Shown here: positions 8,874 through 17,531 of the stretch, one piece after another
Layout of the letters: each line of letters starts with the position of its first letter
How positions within the stretch are numbered: the stretch's first letter is position 1
Assembly: GCA_964624125.1 (NCBI GenBank)
Contig: CAZVAA010000002.1
Coordinates: 1-38,523, forward strand
Length of the DNA stretch: 38,523 nucleotides
Origin: an uncultured Sphaerobacteraceae bacterium
GTDB lineage: Bacteria > Chloroflexota > Chloroflexia > Thermomicrobiales > UBA6265
Reading direction: 5' to 3'
The notes under the pieces: model-generated
Told to the model about the DNA's origin: nothing
The model's input: only the letters and a program-made list of their open reading frames with translations
Database searches by the model: none
Position numbers and translations under genes: made by a program

Positions 8874-9656
8874 CTATTCGTCGCCGTTGGCGTTCATCCG
8901 GAACTGTCGCGGGACCTTGACTCGCTCGTCGTCGTACTTGTCCGAATCGCCACCCGTAATATCCGTGATATCGGGGCCAACCTCTGACTTACCGACGTTC
9001 GGGAGTTCAGCGGTCGCCTCGGTGGAGCTCGCGACCACTACCCGCTCGCGGGTGAGATTCTCCGCAGCCGGGCTGATGATGGTGCGGTCAACGGCCGTTG
9101 CAGCAGGAAGGGCCCGGGGCGCCTGGCGCTCACGCCGCGCGGCTTCGTCGCGAAGGCGTTTCTCGATCGCGGACGGATCAACCCAGCCGTCACGCGTCTC
9201 TTCATGCTTGTGCGGCTCGTGGGCCTCCTGCTCCTCACCGCAGTACGGGCAGATATCCCACCGGAGATCCACGAGCTGTCCACAGTTGCCGCATGGCTCA
9301 CGCAGTTGCGTGTTGCAGTGCGGGCAAAGCTGCCAGTCATCGTGCACGAAATGGTTACAGGTCGGGCAGAGCGGAAGCTCCTGAAGGTCCTGAAGGAGGT
9401 ATTCCTCTTCCAGCGACCGCTGGTATGCCTCGTCCAACGTCTCCTTCGGGCGCAGCATCATATAAAGCAGCACACCCGGGATCCAGAAGAAGATCGCGAG
9501 CAATGTCGAGAACACCTGCGTCGCGACGTTCTTGCTGCGCGACTCGATATCCCGGTAGGTCCAGATCGCGAGCACGAACCAGGTGGCAACGAGATAGGCG
9601 CCTCCAAGTGCCAGCAGCACCTGCAACGCACGGGCAATGATCGACTCGATTTCCAA
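8874..9656 (-). CDS. Membrane protein: PLDc_N-like two-helix N-terminus + double zinc ribbon + acidic/disordered tail
   Basis: 260 aa. WFVLAIWTYRDIESRS...FFWIPGVLLYMMLRP resembles the PLD-nuclease N-terminal small membrane domain. CPTCNHFV..CPHCN..CGNCG..CPYCG gives four CxxC pairs. TTG start with AAGGAG 7 nt upstream. Confidence 0.7.
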   Translation of the reverse strand: MEIESIIARALQVLLALGGAYLVATWFVLAIWTYRDIESRSKNVATQVFSTLLAIFFWIPGVLLYMMLRPKETLDEAYQRSLEEEYLLQDLQELPLCPTCNHFVHDDWQLCPHCNTQLREPCGNCGQLVDLRWDICPYCGEEQEAHEPHKHEETRDGWVDPSAIEKRLRDEAARRERQAPRALPAATAVDRTIISPAAENLTRERVVVASSTEATAELPNVGKSEVGPDITDITGGDSDKYDDERVKVPRQFRMNANGDE

Positions 9657-9680
9657 ACAAGGGCTCCTTCGAGGGGAATG

Positions 9681-10028
9681 CTAGATGGTGCTGGGAACGC
9701 CCAGGCGTTCGTATCGACTGACCGGGACCACGAACAACGTCGCACCACCAACCAGCACCTCGAGCGGGCTGGAAGAGTAGTACTCACCGGCATCGGCGAT
9801 CGGCATCAATGGATTGACGAACCGGGTCCGGGAATGGCAATTCTGCTGGACCAGCTCGCGAACGGCAGGGACCTCGGCATCATCAACGCCGATCAGCATC
9901 GTGACGTTGCTCTCCCGGAGAAACCCGCCGGCACTGTTGATCTGGGTTGCGCGGTATCCGTGCGATCCGAGCGCATCAAGCAGATTTTCCGCGTCCTTGC
10001 CCTGCACGACAGCGATTACGAGCTTCAT
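9681..10028 (-). CDS. darA: Cyclic-di-AMP receptor protein DarA/PstA (PII-like, DUF970/YaaQ family)
   Basis: MKLVIAVVQGKDAENLLDALGSHGYRATQINSAGGFLRESNVTMLIGV...VGGATLFVVPV aligns by eye along its full length with B. subtilis YaaQ/DarA as I recall it (MKLIVAVVQDQD...TGGFLKSGNTTFMIGV...VGGATVFVLPV). It sits directly downstream of tmk, as in Bacillus. The start is placed at the internal ATG (MKLV). Confidence 0.8.
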   Translation of the reverse strand: MKLVIAVVQGKDAENLLDALGSHGYRATQINSAGGFLRESNVTMLIGVDDAEVPAVRELVQQNCHSRTRFVNPLMPIADAGEYYSSSPLEVLVGGATLFVVPVSRYERLGVPSTI

Positions 10029-10054
10029 TGCAATCCAATCCCCTGTCCTCGCAG

Positions 10055-10711
10055 TCAATCCGATCCGCGCACTGGAGGTCTGTACTTGGAAAGCACGCGG
10101 GTGTTGATGTCAGTTTGCAACTTTCGGGCGACGGTTTCCAGATCAGCCCGCCCATCGATCACGCTCCAGTCGTCGGGAGCTGCTGCCGCAAGCTCGAGGA
10201 ACGTGGTCCGAACGCGCTCGTGGAACTCCCGCGATGCGCGATCGATCCGGTTCACGGACGCAGGGTCAGCATGCCGTCGCCTGAGACCGACGTCGACCGG
10301 GATATCCAGCAGGACACGCAAATCCGGCTCAAGACCGCCCGTGGCAAATGCCTGGATCGGCATCAGTGCGTCGATCGGGAGACCGTGACCACCACCCTGG
10401 TACGCGAGCGTCGAATCAACGAATCGATCGCAGATCACCGCGATTCCAGCATCCAGCGATGGGCGAATCTTCTCCCGGACATGCTGCGCGCGGCCGCAGG
10501 CCAGCAGCAACACTTCCGACTCGGGCAGAATAGCATAGTCATCACTGCTCAGGAGGATTTCCCGCAGCGCGTCGCCAAGGCGTGTTCCGCCCGGTTCGCG
10601 CGTCAGAAGCACCTCCCACCCCATCGATTCCAGCCAGCCGGCCAGCTTCGCCGCCTGGACCGATTTGCCCGCGCCTTCCGGCCCCTCGAGCACAATGAAT
10701 GGCGCCGACAC
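10055..10711 (-). CDS. tmk: Thymidylate (dTMP) kinase
   Basis: 218 aa. P-loop LEGPEGAGKS, TREPGGT. The GTG start abuts the upstream stop (TAGGTG), with GGAGGGGA 9 nt upstream. Confidence 0.92.
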   Translation of the reverse strand: MSAPFIVLEGPEGAGKSVQAAKLAGWLESMGWEVLLTREPGGTRLGDALREILLSSDDYAILPESEVLLLACGRAQHVREKIRPSLDAGIAVICDRFVDSTLAYQGGGHGLPIDALMPIQAFATGGLEPDLRVLLDIPVDVGLRRRHADPASVNRIDRASREFHERVRTTFLELAAAAPDDWSVIDGRADLETVARKLQTDINTRVLSKYRPPVRGSD

Positions 10712-12562
10712 CTACTGCATTCCCCTCCGGAAGATTTCCACATGCCGGAAAGGATCCCGACCACGGCTTCGCGATGCCAGATTGTACCGCTCGGCCATCT
10801 CGTGCTGCATCCGGCGAATACGCGGTGATTGCGGCCGGAGCGTTGCCGGCGGTCCACCCTGCATCACGGTCGAGATCGCCTCCTCGGCCTCACTCATCGC
10901 CACCATCACGTCCGTCCGTCGCCGTTCACGCCTCCCTGGCGCGGGAAAACCCGCGCCAGTCTCGTCCTCCTCCTCTCCGCGTTCGACCACCTGCGGGAAG
11001 ATCGAGCGCAGAACGTTTTCCATCTGGACATTCGTGTTCGAGCGGAGGACATAGACCGGGATCCCACGGGCCTCGGCCTCGCGGACGGGTTGCGCCTTCT
11101 GGCGATAGGCGTTCTTCAGCGTCAGGACGACATCCGCGTCACGCTCGTTCCTGACGATCGACGCCGGCACGCGCATCTGCGAGATAGCCTGGTCGAGCCG
11201 GTTCCGGCTCACCCCGAACGGGAAGACCCGGAGCGGCTTGTCCTCGGTCCCTCGTCCCTTGGCGAACGCCGCCACCGTTGGCGCCGATGGACGCGCGTCT
11301 CCCGTCGAGGAAGGCGGAGGAGCCTCCTCGGGTTCGGCACGTCGGTTCCGCGTGGCAGGCTGTTGCGCAACGGCGGCATCAGCCTCGGCGAACATCGCCT
11401 CCAGGCTCGAGTCGCCACCACGCCCGTTCGTTTGGGGCGTCGCCCGCCGCGTCACGGTCGGGTCCCGCCTCGCGTCCTCGGACGAACTCGTTTCGATCGA
11501 GCCATCCGCGTGCCGCTTGCGGTGCTCCGAACGTACAGGTGCGCCACGCAGCAGGGCGTCGACGGTCGCCGCGACATCGAGATGCACGATCACCTCGTCG
11601 CGATCGACGATCTCGACGATAACGCCGAACGTAGGCGGCGCCTTTCGCTCCAGGATCGACTTCTGCGTCCCACGACGGCGCGCCTCCTCGTCCGAGAGTG
11701 TCACGGACTGGATGCCACCGATGAGATCGGTAAGCGTCGGGTTCAACATCAGGTTTTCGAGGTTGTTACCATGCGCCGTACCGATCAGCTGCACGCCCCG
11801 CTCGGCAATCGTTCGAGCGGCCATCGCTTCAGGCTCGGTGCCGATCTCGTCGATCACCACCACCTGCGGCATATGGTTCTCGACCGCTTCGATCATCACC
11901 GCGTGTTGTGCCGTCGGCGTCGGGACTTGCATCCGTCGGGCACGACCAATGGCCGGATGCGGGATATCTCCGTCACCGGCAATCTCGTTGCTCGTATCCA
12001 CCACGACGACGCGCTTTCGCAGCTCGTCCGCCAACACGCGGGCAGTCTCGCGGAGCAGCGTCGTCTTGCCGACACCGGGACGGCCGAGCAACAGTACGCT
12101 CTGGCCAGACTCGATCAGGTCACTGATGATCGAGATCGTGCCGTAGACAGCACGACCGATCCGGCAGGTCAGGCCCACGATTTCGCCAGACCGGTTCCGG
12201 ATGGCCGAGATCCGGTGCAGCGTCCGTTCGATGCCAGCGCGATTATCGTCACCAAACTGGCCGATACGCTCTGATACATGACCGAGATCGGCACGCGAGA
12301 CGTCAAAATCGCCCAGGTCGATCTCATCGTGCTGGAACCGCGCCTCCGGCGGGCGACCGAGATCGAGCACAATCTCGATCAATTCGCCCCTGCCGTTCTC
12401 GCTTTGTAACTCGATGATCCGATTGGCGATCGCCTCCGGGAGCACCTCGAGCAATTCAGCAATATCATCGGTCACTTCGGTCTCCCCCGCGGACCGGACT
12501 GCGGTTTCCTCCAGGGTTTGGGAGTCGTTATTCAATCCATTCTCCCCATCGTTCAAGATCAA
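10712..12562 (-). CDS. R3H-domain AAA ATPase (Ycf45 / SpoIIIAA-like)
   Basis: 616-aa [22 protein letters not shown], Walker [10 protein letters not shown], Walker B VVVIDEIG, a long disordered Pro/Arg/Ala-rich linker, and a C-terminal R3H-like [29 protein letters not shown]. No ATG lies near the 5' end. Candidate starts are TTG 12562, TTG 12535 (GGGGAG SD) or a GTG about 60 nt further in. Confidence 0.8.
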   Translation of the reverse strand: MILNDGENGLNNDSQTLEETAVRSAGETEVTDDIAELLEVLPEAIANRIIELQSENGRGELIEIVLDLGRPPEARFQHDEIDLGDFDVSRADLGHVSERIGQFGDDNRAGIERTLHRISAIRNRSGEIVGLTCRIGRAVYGTISIISDLIESGQSVLLLGRPGVGKTTLLRETARVLADELRKRVVVVDTSNEIAGDGDIPHPAIGRARRMQVPTPTAQHAVMIEAVENHMPQVVVIDEIGTEPEAMAARTIAERGVQLIGTAHGNNLENLMLNPTLTDLIGGIQSVTLSDEEARRRGTQKSILERKAPPTFGVIVEIVDRDEVIVHLDVAATVDALLRGAPVRSEHRKRHADGSIETSSSEDARRDPTVTRRATPQTNGRGGDSSLEAMFAEADAAVAQQPATRNRRAEPEEAPPPSSTGDARPSAPTVAAFAKGRGTEDKPLRVFPFGVSRNRLDQAISQMRVPASIVRNERDADVVLTLKNAYRQKAQPVREAEARGIPVYVLRSNTNVQMENVLRSIFPQVVERGEEEDETGAGFPAPGRRERRRTDVMVAMSEAEEAISTVMQGGPPATLRPQSPRIRRMQHEMAERYNLASRSRGRDPFRHVEIFRRGMQ

Positions 12563-12581
12563 GAATCAGGTTTCGTTCCGG

Positions 12582-12587
12582 TGTCAA
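12582..12587 (-). promoter_or_regulatory. Perfect TTGACA -35-like hexamer upstream of the R3H-ATPase operon (no convincing -10 partner)
   Basis: Read on the minus strand. The best -10 candidate, CTTGAT at 18-nt spacing, is weak. Confidence 0.2.
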
Positions 12588-12635
12588 CCAGCAAGGTCTC
12601 CCGGAGCTGTCGTTGGTTCAGGTGCGATCGGCATG

Positions 12636-13730
12636 TCACTCTTCTCCTTTCGAGAAGGTATCGACCGGACCGCCATAGAAGGTCGGCACGCGTCTGGCCG
12701 CGGGGTCTTTTACGGGCTCCGTAGCGAAGCTGGGTGAAAGCACCGAAGATCGCATGCGCGCGACGGTGTACTTGATGTGCACCTCTTGCGCCTCCTCGAT
12801 CGCGAACCCCAGCTCGTGCAGGTATGAGATGTATTCCGATTGATAGTCCCGGACGACGACGTAGACACGCCGTGACGGGAGCGCGGAGAGTTCCTTGAAC
12901 ACCGCCGACACGAGTCGCGGGAAATCCTGGCGACGTTCTGGCGAAAGCATGAAATCAACGATGTGGGCATCGCGGCGTGAAACCGCCCGCGCATATCCGG
13001 TCGCCAGGTGATCATCGGCGATGATCCAGCCCCGGCATCCATGTCCACTATCGCGCCACATCGCCTGCACATCCCAGCTATGGCTGGTCAATGCCTCGGC
13101 ATACTGGACGTCCCGCGGCGTTGAATGCATGTACAACTGATGGATCGCCCAGACATCCGCCTGCTCCTGCACGCGAACTCCTCGCGATCCCGGCATGACC
13201 GGGACATTGGACGACATGAGGATGCGCTGCCGCGTGAATGGCGAGAAACCCAGTTCCCGGAACGGCGCCTGGAACGGCGAATCCGGCTCAAGGTGCGCAT
13301 AGATCCGCTTGGCACCGTGTAGCCCCGCCGCGGTAACCGCGTGACGAAGCATCTCGGCCACCACCGGTTCCGGCGCATACACGCCCGCATCCGCGGCGAT
13401 CGACTCTGCAAGCCATCGCTGGTCCGGGCCGACGACACGGAACTGGACGTACCCCAGCAGCCGTCGATCCTCTTCGGATGTCGCGACGAAAACTGGCCGG
13501 TCGTGACGAACAAAGGGGAGCAAATCCCGCAGCACCGTCCGCACCGGATCACCATCCGCGCGTGTGCTGCCGGGGTGGTTCAGGTCGCTTCGATCGTCGA
13601 ACCGGGCGAGGCCGAAGGCATCCAGCGCCCGTGCGCCACGCACGGCAACGCGCACCGTGGGCGACTCGGGTTCGATGTTGCCGGCCGGGGAAGGGATACG
13701 CTGGCGGGATTGGCGCGCGTCAGGAGACAT
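12636..13730 (-). CDS. Tandem GNAT-like (acyl-CoA N-acyltransferase fold) protein; function unknown
   Basis: Two repeats, each ending in the GNAT motif-B-like ...F(R/H)ELGF (PFRELGFSP and YLHELGFAI). The canonical Q/RxxGxG/A CoA loop is not evident in either half. The track ORF starts at 13859, but third-position GC only becomes high after ATG 13730. Alternative start at ATG 13823. Confidence 0.5.
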   Translation of the reverse strand: MSPDARQSRQRIPSPAGNIEPESPTVRVAVRGARALDAFGLARFDDRSDLNHPGSTRADGDPVRTVLRDLLPFVRHDRPVFVATSEEDRRLLGYVQFRVVGPDQRWLAESIAADAGVYAPEPVVAEMLRHAVTAAGLHGAKRIYAHLEPDSPFQAPFRELGFSPFTRQRILMSSNVPVMPGSRGVRVQEQADVWAIHQLYMHSTPRDVQYAEALTSHSWDVQAMWRDSGHGCRGWIIADDHLATGYARAVSRRDAHIVDFMLSPERRQDFPRLVSAVFKELSALPSRRVYVVVRDYQSEYISYLHELGFAIEEAQEVHIKYTVARMRSSVLSPSFATEPVKDPAARRVPTFYGGPVDTFSKGEE

Positions 13731-13830
13731 CTCGGCGTGATCATCTTGCGGATCACCACGTCCAGTCTGGTGCGCGGGTAATAGCAGAACGCCACGTGCG
13801 GTGTGACGATGCAGCGTATTCATTATCTCG

Positions 13831-13859
13831 ATTCTAGCGATTCCGATTCCAGGACTCAA
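13831..13859 (-). promoter_or_regulatory. Sigma-70-like promoter TTGAGT-N17-TAGAAT upstream of or within the 5' end of the GNAT-like ORF
   Basis: Hexamers read on the minus strand. The -10 ends 7 nt before ATG 13823. The spacer contains three GAATCG repeats. Confidence 0.35.
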
Positions 13860-13892
13860 CCCCGAATCGTAAACATTTCGTGGACAAGTCGC

Positions 13893-14504
13893 CTACAGGA
13901 CCCTCCGTCCCATCAACGCCCGTCCAAGCGTCATCTCGTCGGCGTATTCAAGGTCGCCACCGACCGGCAACCCACTGGCCGGGCGCGACACATTGACGCC
14001 GAGCGGTGTCAGAATGCGATGCAAGTATGTTGCCGTGGCTTCGCCGGGAAGGTCGAGGTTGGTGAAGACCACCACTTCGTCCGGCTTCTCCTGCTCAACC
14101 CGGGCAACCAGCTCGCGGATCTTCAACTTGTCCGGCCCGATCCCGTCGACAGGCGAGATGGCCCCGTGCAACACATGGTACTTGCCGCGATATTCGTTGG
14201 TTCGCTCGATGGCGACGATATCCAGCGGCTTTTCCACGACGCAGATCACCGGCTCCCGGCGCGCATCCGCGCAAATCTCACAGGGGTCCGTCTCGGTCAC
14301 GTTGAAGCAATTCGAGCAGAGTCGAATGCGCTCCTTGACCTCGACGATAGCCTCCGCCAGGGCGACCGCCTCCTCGCGCGAAGCGCGGAGCAAATGAAAC
14401 GCCAGCCGCGACGCGGACTTCGGGCCGATTCCCGGGAGCTTACCCAGTTCATCTATCAATCGTGCAACCGGCTGCGCGGTTGCCGAACCAAATCGTGATG
14501 CCAT
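13893..14504 (-). CDS. recR: Recombination protein RecR
   Basis: 203 aa. HhH LPGIGPKSASRLAFHLL, C4 zinc finger CSNCFNVTETDPCEIC, Toprim VCVVEKPLDIVAIE. Confidence 0.92.
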   Translation of the reverse strand: MASRFGSATAQPVARLIDELGKLPGIGPKSASRLAFHLLRASREEAVALAEAIVEVKERIRLCSNCFNVTETDPCEICADARREPVICVVEKPLDIVAIERTNEYRGKYHVLHGAISPVDGIGPDKLKIRELVARVEQEKPDEVVVFTNLDLPGEATATYLHRILTPLGVNVSRPASGLPVGGDLEYADEMTLGRALMGRRVL

Positions 14505-14525
14505 GTTTAGGACCTCACATTAAGT

Positions 14526-14539
14526 GGAACATCTGTTCG
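14526..14539. promoter_or_regulatory. Candidate LexA (Cheo/SOS) box GGAACATCTGTTCG (GAAC-N4-GTTC)
   Basis: Perfect palindromic half-sites 22 nt upstream of the recR ATG and 12 nt downstream of a TGnTATACT extended -10 on the recR strand. It matches the Gram-positive-type consensus CGAAC-N4-GTTCG. Confidence 0.5.
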
Positions 14540-14551
14540 CACAGATACACC

Positions 14552-14560
14552 AGTATATCA
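14552..14560 (-). promoter_or_regulatory. Extended -10 (TGATATACT) candidate promoter for recR
   Basis: Read on the minus strand in the AT-rich intergenic region. No good -35. Confidence 0.35.
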
Positions 14561-14575
14561 TTTTTGCCTTCCCTT

Positions 14576-14584
14576 TGATATGAT
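14576..14584 (+). promoter_or_regulatory. Extended -10 (TGATATGAT) candidate promoter for the zinc-ribbon gene, back-to-back with the recR promoter
   Basis: Read on the plus strand. It would give a ~190-nt leader before ATG 14779. Confidence 0.35.
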
Positions 14585-14778
14585 GACAGATGGGTACGCT
14601 GGGAAAGGCCGAAGGGCCGTTGTAACACATTTGGCACACAATCCGATCCTGTCCGTGTTTACCTACGGACAAGACGGGGGCGCATGACGTACGTCGTAAC
14701 GGATTTCTTGATCGCCGTCATCGTGTGCCTGTACCAAGGAACGGGTCCAGTTCAATGGGGCCTCATGGAGGGTTTGTC

Positions 14779-15105
14779 ATGGATTTCCGGGACAAAACGC
14801 TGACCTGCCGCGAATGTCACAAGGCGTTTGTTTGGACCGCCGGCGAGCAGGCGTTCTACAAGGAGCGTGGGCTGATCAACATTCCGGGCCGATGTGCCGA
14901 ATGTCGATCCAATCGCCGGGAGCGGCTTGGCCAGCAGCGCCAATCGGTCACCGAAGTCGTCTGCGCCGAATGCGGTACCACCACCACGGTGCCATTCGTT
15001 CCTCGCAACGGCAAACCGGTGTACTGCTCTACGTGCCTCTCAGGCATCCGTGAGCGGGAAAGCGAGGAGGCTCCGAAGGAGCCGCAGGCTTCCACAGCCT
15101 CCTGA
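14779..15105 (+). CDS. Small double-CxxC zinc-ribbon protein (CxxC-x17-CxxC type), function unknown
   Basis: 108 aa from ATG 14779, with GGAGG 7 nt upstream. CRECHKAF...CAECR and CAECGTTT...CSTC. High third-position GC. Confidence 0.75.
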   Translation: MDFRDKTLTCRECHKAFVWTAGEQAFYKERGLINIPGRCAECRSNRRERLGQQRQSVTEVVCAECGTTTTVPFVPRNGKPVYCSTCLSGIRERESEEAPKEPQASTAS

Positions 15106-15129
15106 CCTCACAACTAGGAAGCACACAAG

Positions 15130-15162
15130 AACGCCCGGGATGGATGCCATCCCGGGCGTTTT
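15130..15162. terminator. Bidirectional intrinsic terminator between the convergent zinc-ribbon gene and ftsK
   Basis: AACGCCCGGGATGG-ATG-CCATCCCGGGCGTT followed by TTTT on the plus strand. Confidence 0.75.
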
Positions 15163-15170
15163 GAATGCCG

Positions 15171-17435
15171 TTAGTCCTCGAATCCCACCAGGACCGGACG
15201 GCCCTTGGCCCCGTCCGCCGGGCCTATCAACCCGTCGTCTTCCATCTGCTCGATGATCCGGGCGGCGCGATTGTATCCGATCCGGAGACGCCGCTGGAGC
15301 ATCGATGCTGACGCGGTCCCCTGCGCCTTCACGATCTCAATCGCCTGCTCCATGTATGGCTCCTCGAAGTCGCCATCCTCATCGGCACCGCCACCGCCGC
15401 CAGCCTTGCCGTCACGCGAGCTCGGCAGGTCGAGCCATTCCGGCTCGTATTGCGGCACCGGCGCGACCGTCAGCCAGTGATCGACGATCGAATGCACCTC
15501 GTCGTCGATGAATGCGCCCTGGACACGAGTCGGCTTCGCCTCGTCCGGCGGCAGGTACAGCATGTCACCGCGACCAAGCAGGCGCTCCGCACCGGGCATA
15601 TCGAGCACCACACGGCTGTCCGTCATCGACGACACAGCGAACGCGATTCGTGCCGGGACGTTCGCCTTGATCAGTCCGGTCAGGACATTGACCGATGGCC
15701 GCTGCGTGGCGATGATCAGGTGAATGCCGGTTGCGCGGGCCATCTGCGTCAACCGCGCCAGGAGCGTCTCGACCTCATCGGGCGTCGTCATCATCAAGTC
15801 GGCGAGCTCATCGATGATCACGACGAAGTACGGCAGCTTCTCGGCATCCGGCTCATCAGCCACCCGCTGACGATATCCCTGGATGTTGCGGACGCCGATC
15901 TCCTTGAAGAGCTCGTAGCGCCGGTTCATCTCCCGCAGCACCATCCGCAACGCGCCGACGACCTTGTCCATCTCGGTCACGACTGGACACTGCAGGTGTG
16001 GCACCCCGTTATACCCGGTCAACTCGACCATCTTCGGGTCGATCATCAACATTCGCAGCTCATCCGGCGGCAGGATGCTGATCAGCGTCGAGATAATGCC
16101 GTTGATACACACGCTCTTACCGGAGCCGGTCGCACCGGCAATCAGCAGGTGCGGCATCTTGGTCAAGTCGCCAACGATGTACCGACCGTTAACGTCCCGG
16201 CCCAACGGCATCGGGAGTTTCGCCTTGGTCTGCTTGAACTCCTCGGATTCGAGCACCTCACGCAATCCAACGGTGGCGATCTTCGGATTCGGAATCTCGA
16301 TGCCCACACGGGCCATACCCGGGATCGGCGCCTCGACGCGGATGCTCTGTGCCGCCAGCGATAGCGCAAGGTCGTTTTGCAGCTCCGTGATCCGGCGGAC
16401 CTTGACGCCGTTACCCGGCTCCAGCGCGAACTGCGTCACCGCCGGACCAGGATTGATTTCCCGTACCGAGGCGTCGACCTTGAAGCTGTCGAGCGTTTCC
16501 TCGATGATCTTGGCCTTCATCTCGAGGTCGCCCGGATCCGGCGCCACCTGCTCGTAATACGGCAGCTGCTTCAGGTCCGGCAGCGGCAGCGGCGCGTTTT
16601 CCTCCGGGGACGCCACAACTGGCGTCGGCACCGCCGGGACATCGCTGGCCGTTTCACTGACCGGGCCGCGCTCGGGACGAGTCGGCAGGTTGATGACCGG
16701 CGGTCGCGGCTCCTCCGGCTGCTTCTTTTCCTGCTTCGGCGCCGGCAGGCGGACCGCCTTGCGCGGCGTCTTCGCCTCCTTCTTGGGAGCAGTCTTGACC
16801 GGGGCTTCCTTCGTTACCTTCGGCTTCGGCTTGCGCTTCGGGAGCAATCGCCGGATGTCGCGATCAAGCGACTGCAGGTCGGTATCCGCAAGCAGAAAGA
16901 CGGAGACGACGCCCCCGGCGAACAACACCAGGCCAGACGCGACCTGGCCCAGCGCCCCGCGCGCGATATCGCCGGTCACGGTGCCAATGTGGCCACCCAT
17001 GGCATCGCCGCCGAACGACAGCAGGCCGGTCACGCCAAGCGCGAAGAGCGCGCCACCGAAGTAGTGGCGGAACAGAAGGATCGGCCCCGAATCATGCGAG
17101 AACGCCCGCACGGCGGTCAGGGCGGCGAAGACCGGCACGAGAAACGCCCCGTTCCCGAATGTGCCCCGCAGCACTCTCCCCCACCACGCGATCAGGGCAC
17201 CATCCTGCTGGCCGCGGCCAAGCGCCCATGAGCTGAGCAGGGCCAACAGCACCAGCACCACCCCAAGCGATTCGCGCTTGAGCCGGTCCGAGATCTCAAT
17301 ATCGGGGAGCATCCCACTCAGGAACTCGCGCGATCGCAATACCCAGAGGGATAGCCCGGTCGCCTTCGTCTTCTTCGACGAACGGCGCTTCGAGCTTTTT
17401 CTTGTTGATCCCTGCGTCCGGGATTGCGTCGCCAT
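15171..17435 (-). CDS. ftsK: DNA translocase FtsK/SpoIIIE
   Basis: N-terminal TM helices, Lys/Pro-rich linker, Walker A GATGSGKSV, Walker B IIDELADLMM, and a C-terminal gamma wHTH ASMLQRRLRIGYNRAARIIEQMEDDGLIGP. Start at ATG 17435 (MATQSR...) with GGAGGA 9 nt upstream, rather than the track start at 17507. Confidence 0.9.
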   Translation of the reverse strand: MATQSRTQGSTRKSSKRRSSKKTKATGLSLWVLRSREFLSGMLPDIEISDRLKRESLGVVLVLLALLSSWALGRGQQDGALIAWWGRVLRGTFGNGAFLVPVFAALTAVRAFSHDSGPILLFRHYFGGALFALGVTGLLSFGGDAMGGHIGTVTGDIARGALGQVASGLVLFAGGVVSVFLLADTDLQSLDRDIRRLLPKRKPKPKVTKEAPVKTAPKKEAKTPRKAVRLPAPKQEKKQPEEPRPPVINLPTRPERGPVSETASDVPAVPTPVVASPEENAPLPLPDLKQLPYYEQVAPDPGDLEMKAKIIEETLDSFKVDASVREINPGPAVTQFALEPGNGVKVRRITELQNDLALSLAAQSIRVEAPIPGMARVGIEIPNPKIATVGLREVLESEEFKQTKAKLPMPLGRDVNGRYIVGDLTKMPHLLIAGATGSGKSVCINGIISTLISILPPDELRMLMIDPKMVELTGYNGVPHLQCPVVTEMDKVVGALRMVLREMNRRYELFKEIGVRNIQGYRQRVADEPDAEKLPYFVVIIDELADLMMTTPDEVETLLARLTQMARATGIHLIIATQRPSVNVLTGLIKANVPARIAFAVSSMTDSRVVLDMPGAERLLGRGDMLYLPPDEAKPTRVQGAFIDDEVHSIVDHWLTVAPVPQYEPEWLDLPSSRDGKAGGGGGADEDGDFEEPYMEQAIEIVKAQGTASASMLQRRLRIGYNRAARIIEQMEDDGLIGPADGAKGRPVLVGFED

Positions 17436-17531
17436 CGGCGCGTTCCTCCATTCCAACGATGGATACCCCACCCCGCGTCCACCTTCTGTCGGGGACGCAA
17501 ATTGCACCGGCTTGCGCCAGACTGTACGTAC

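Noticed and set aside
9693-9708. GAACGCC-CA-GGCGTTC hairpin as a terminator of darA
   Set aside because: It lies inside the darA coding sequence 10 nt before the stop. It has no U-tract and is followed within 25 nt by the SD and start of the next gene. It is noted only as a relative of the hairpin family.
10829-12274. 481-aa ORF antisense to the R3H/AAA ATPase gene
   Set aside because: Shadow ORF: Arg-rich nonsense-like sequence, no SD, fully nested opposite a CDS with clear Walker motifs.
14505-14778. Possibility that the recR-upstream AT-rich region encodes SRP (4.5S) RNA, as upstream of dnaX-recR in Bacillus, or another known ncRNA
   Set aside because: I could not find the conserved SRP domain IV motifs (GGAA/AGCA symmetric loop context) or any known riboswitch core on either strand. 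It is kept only as an unexplained leader in the findings.
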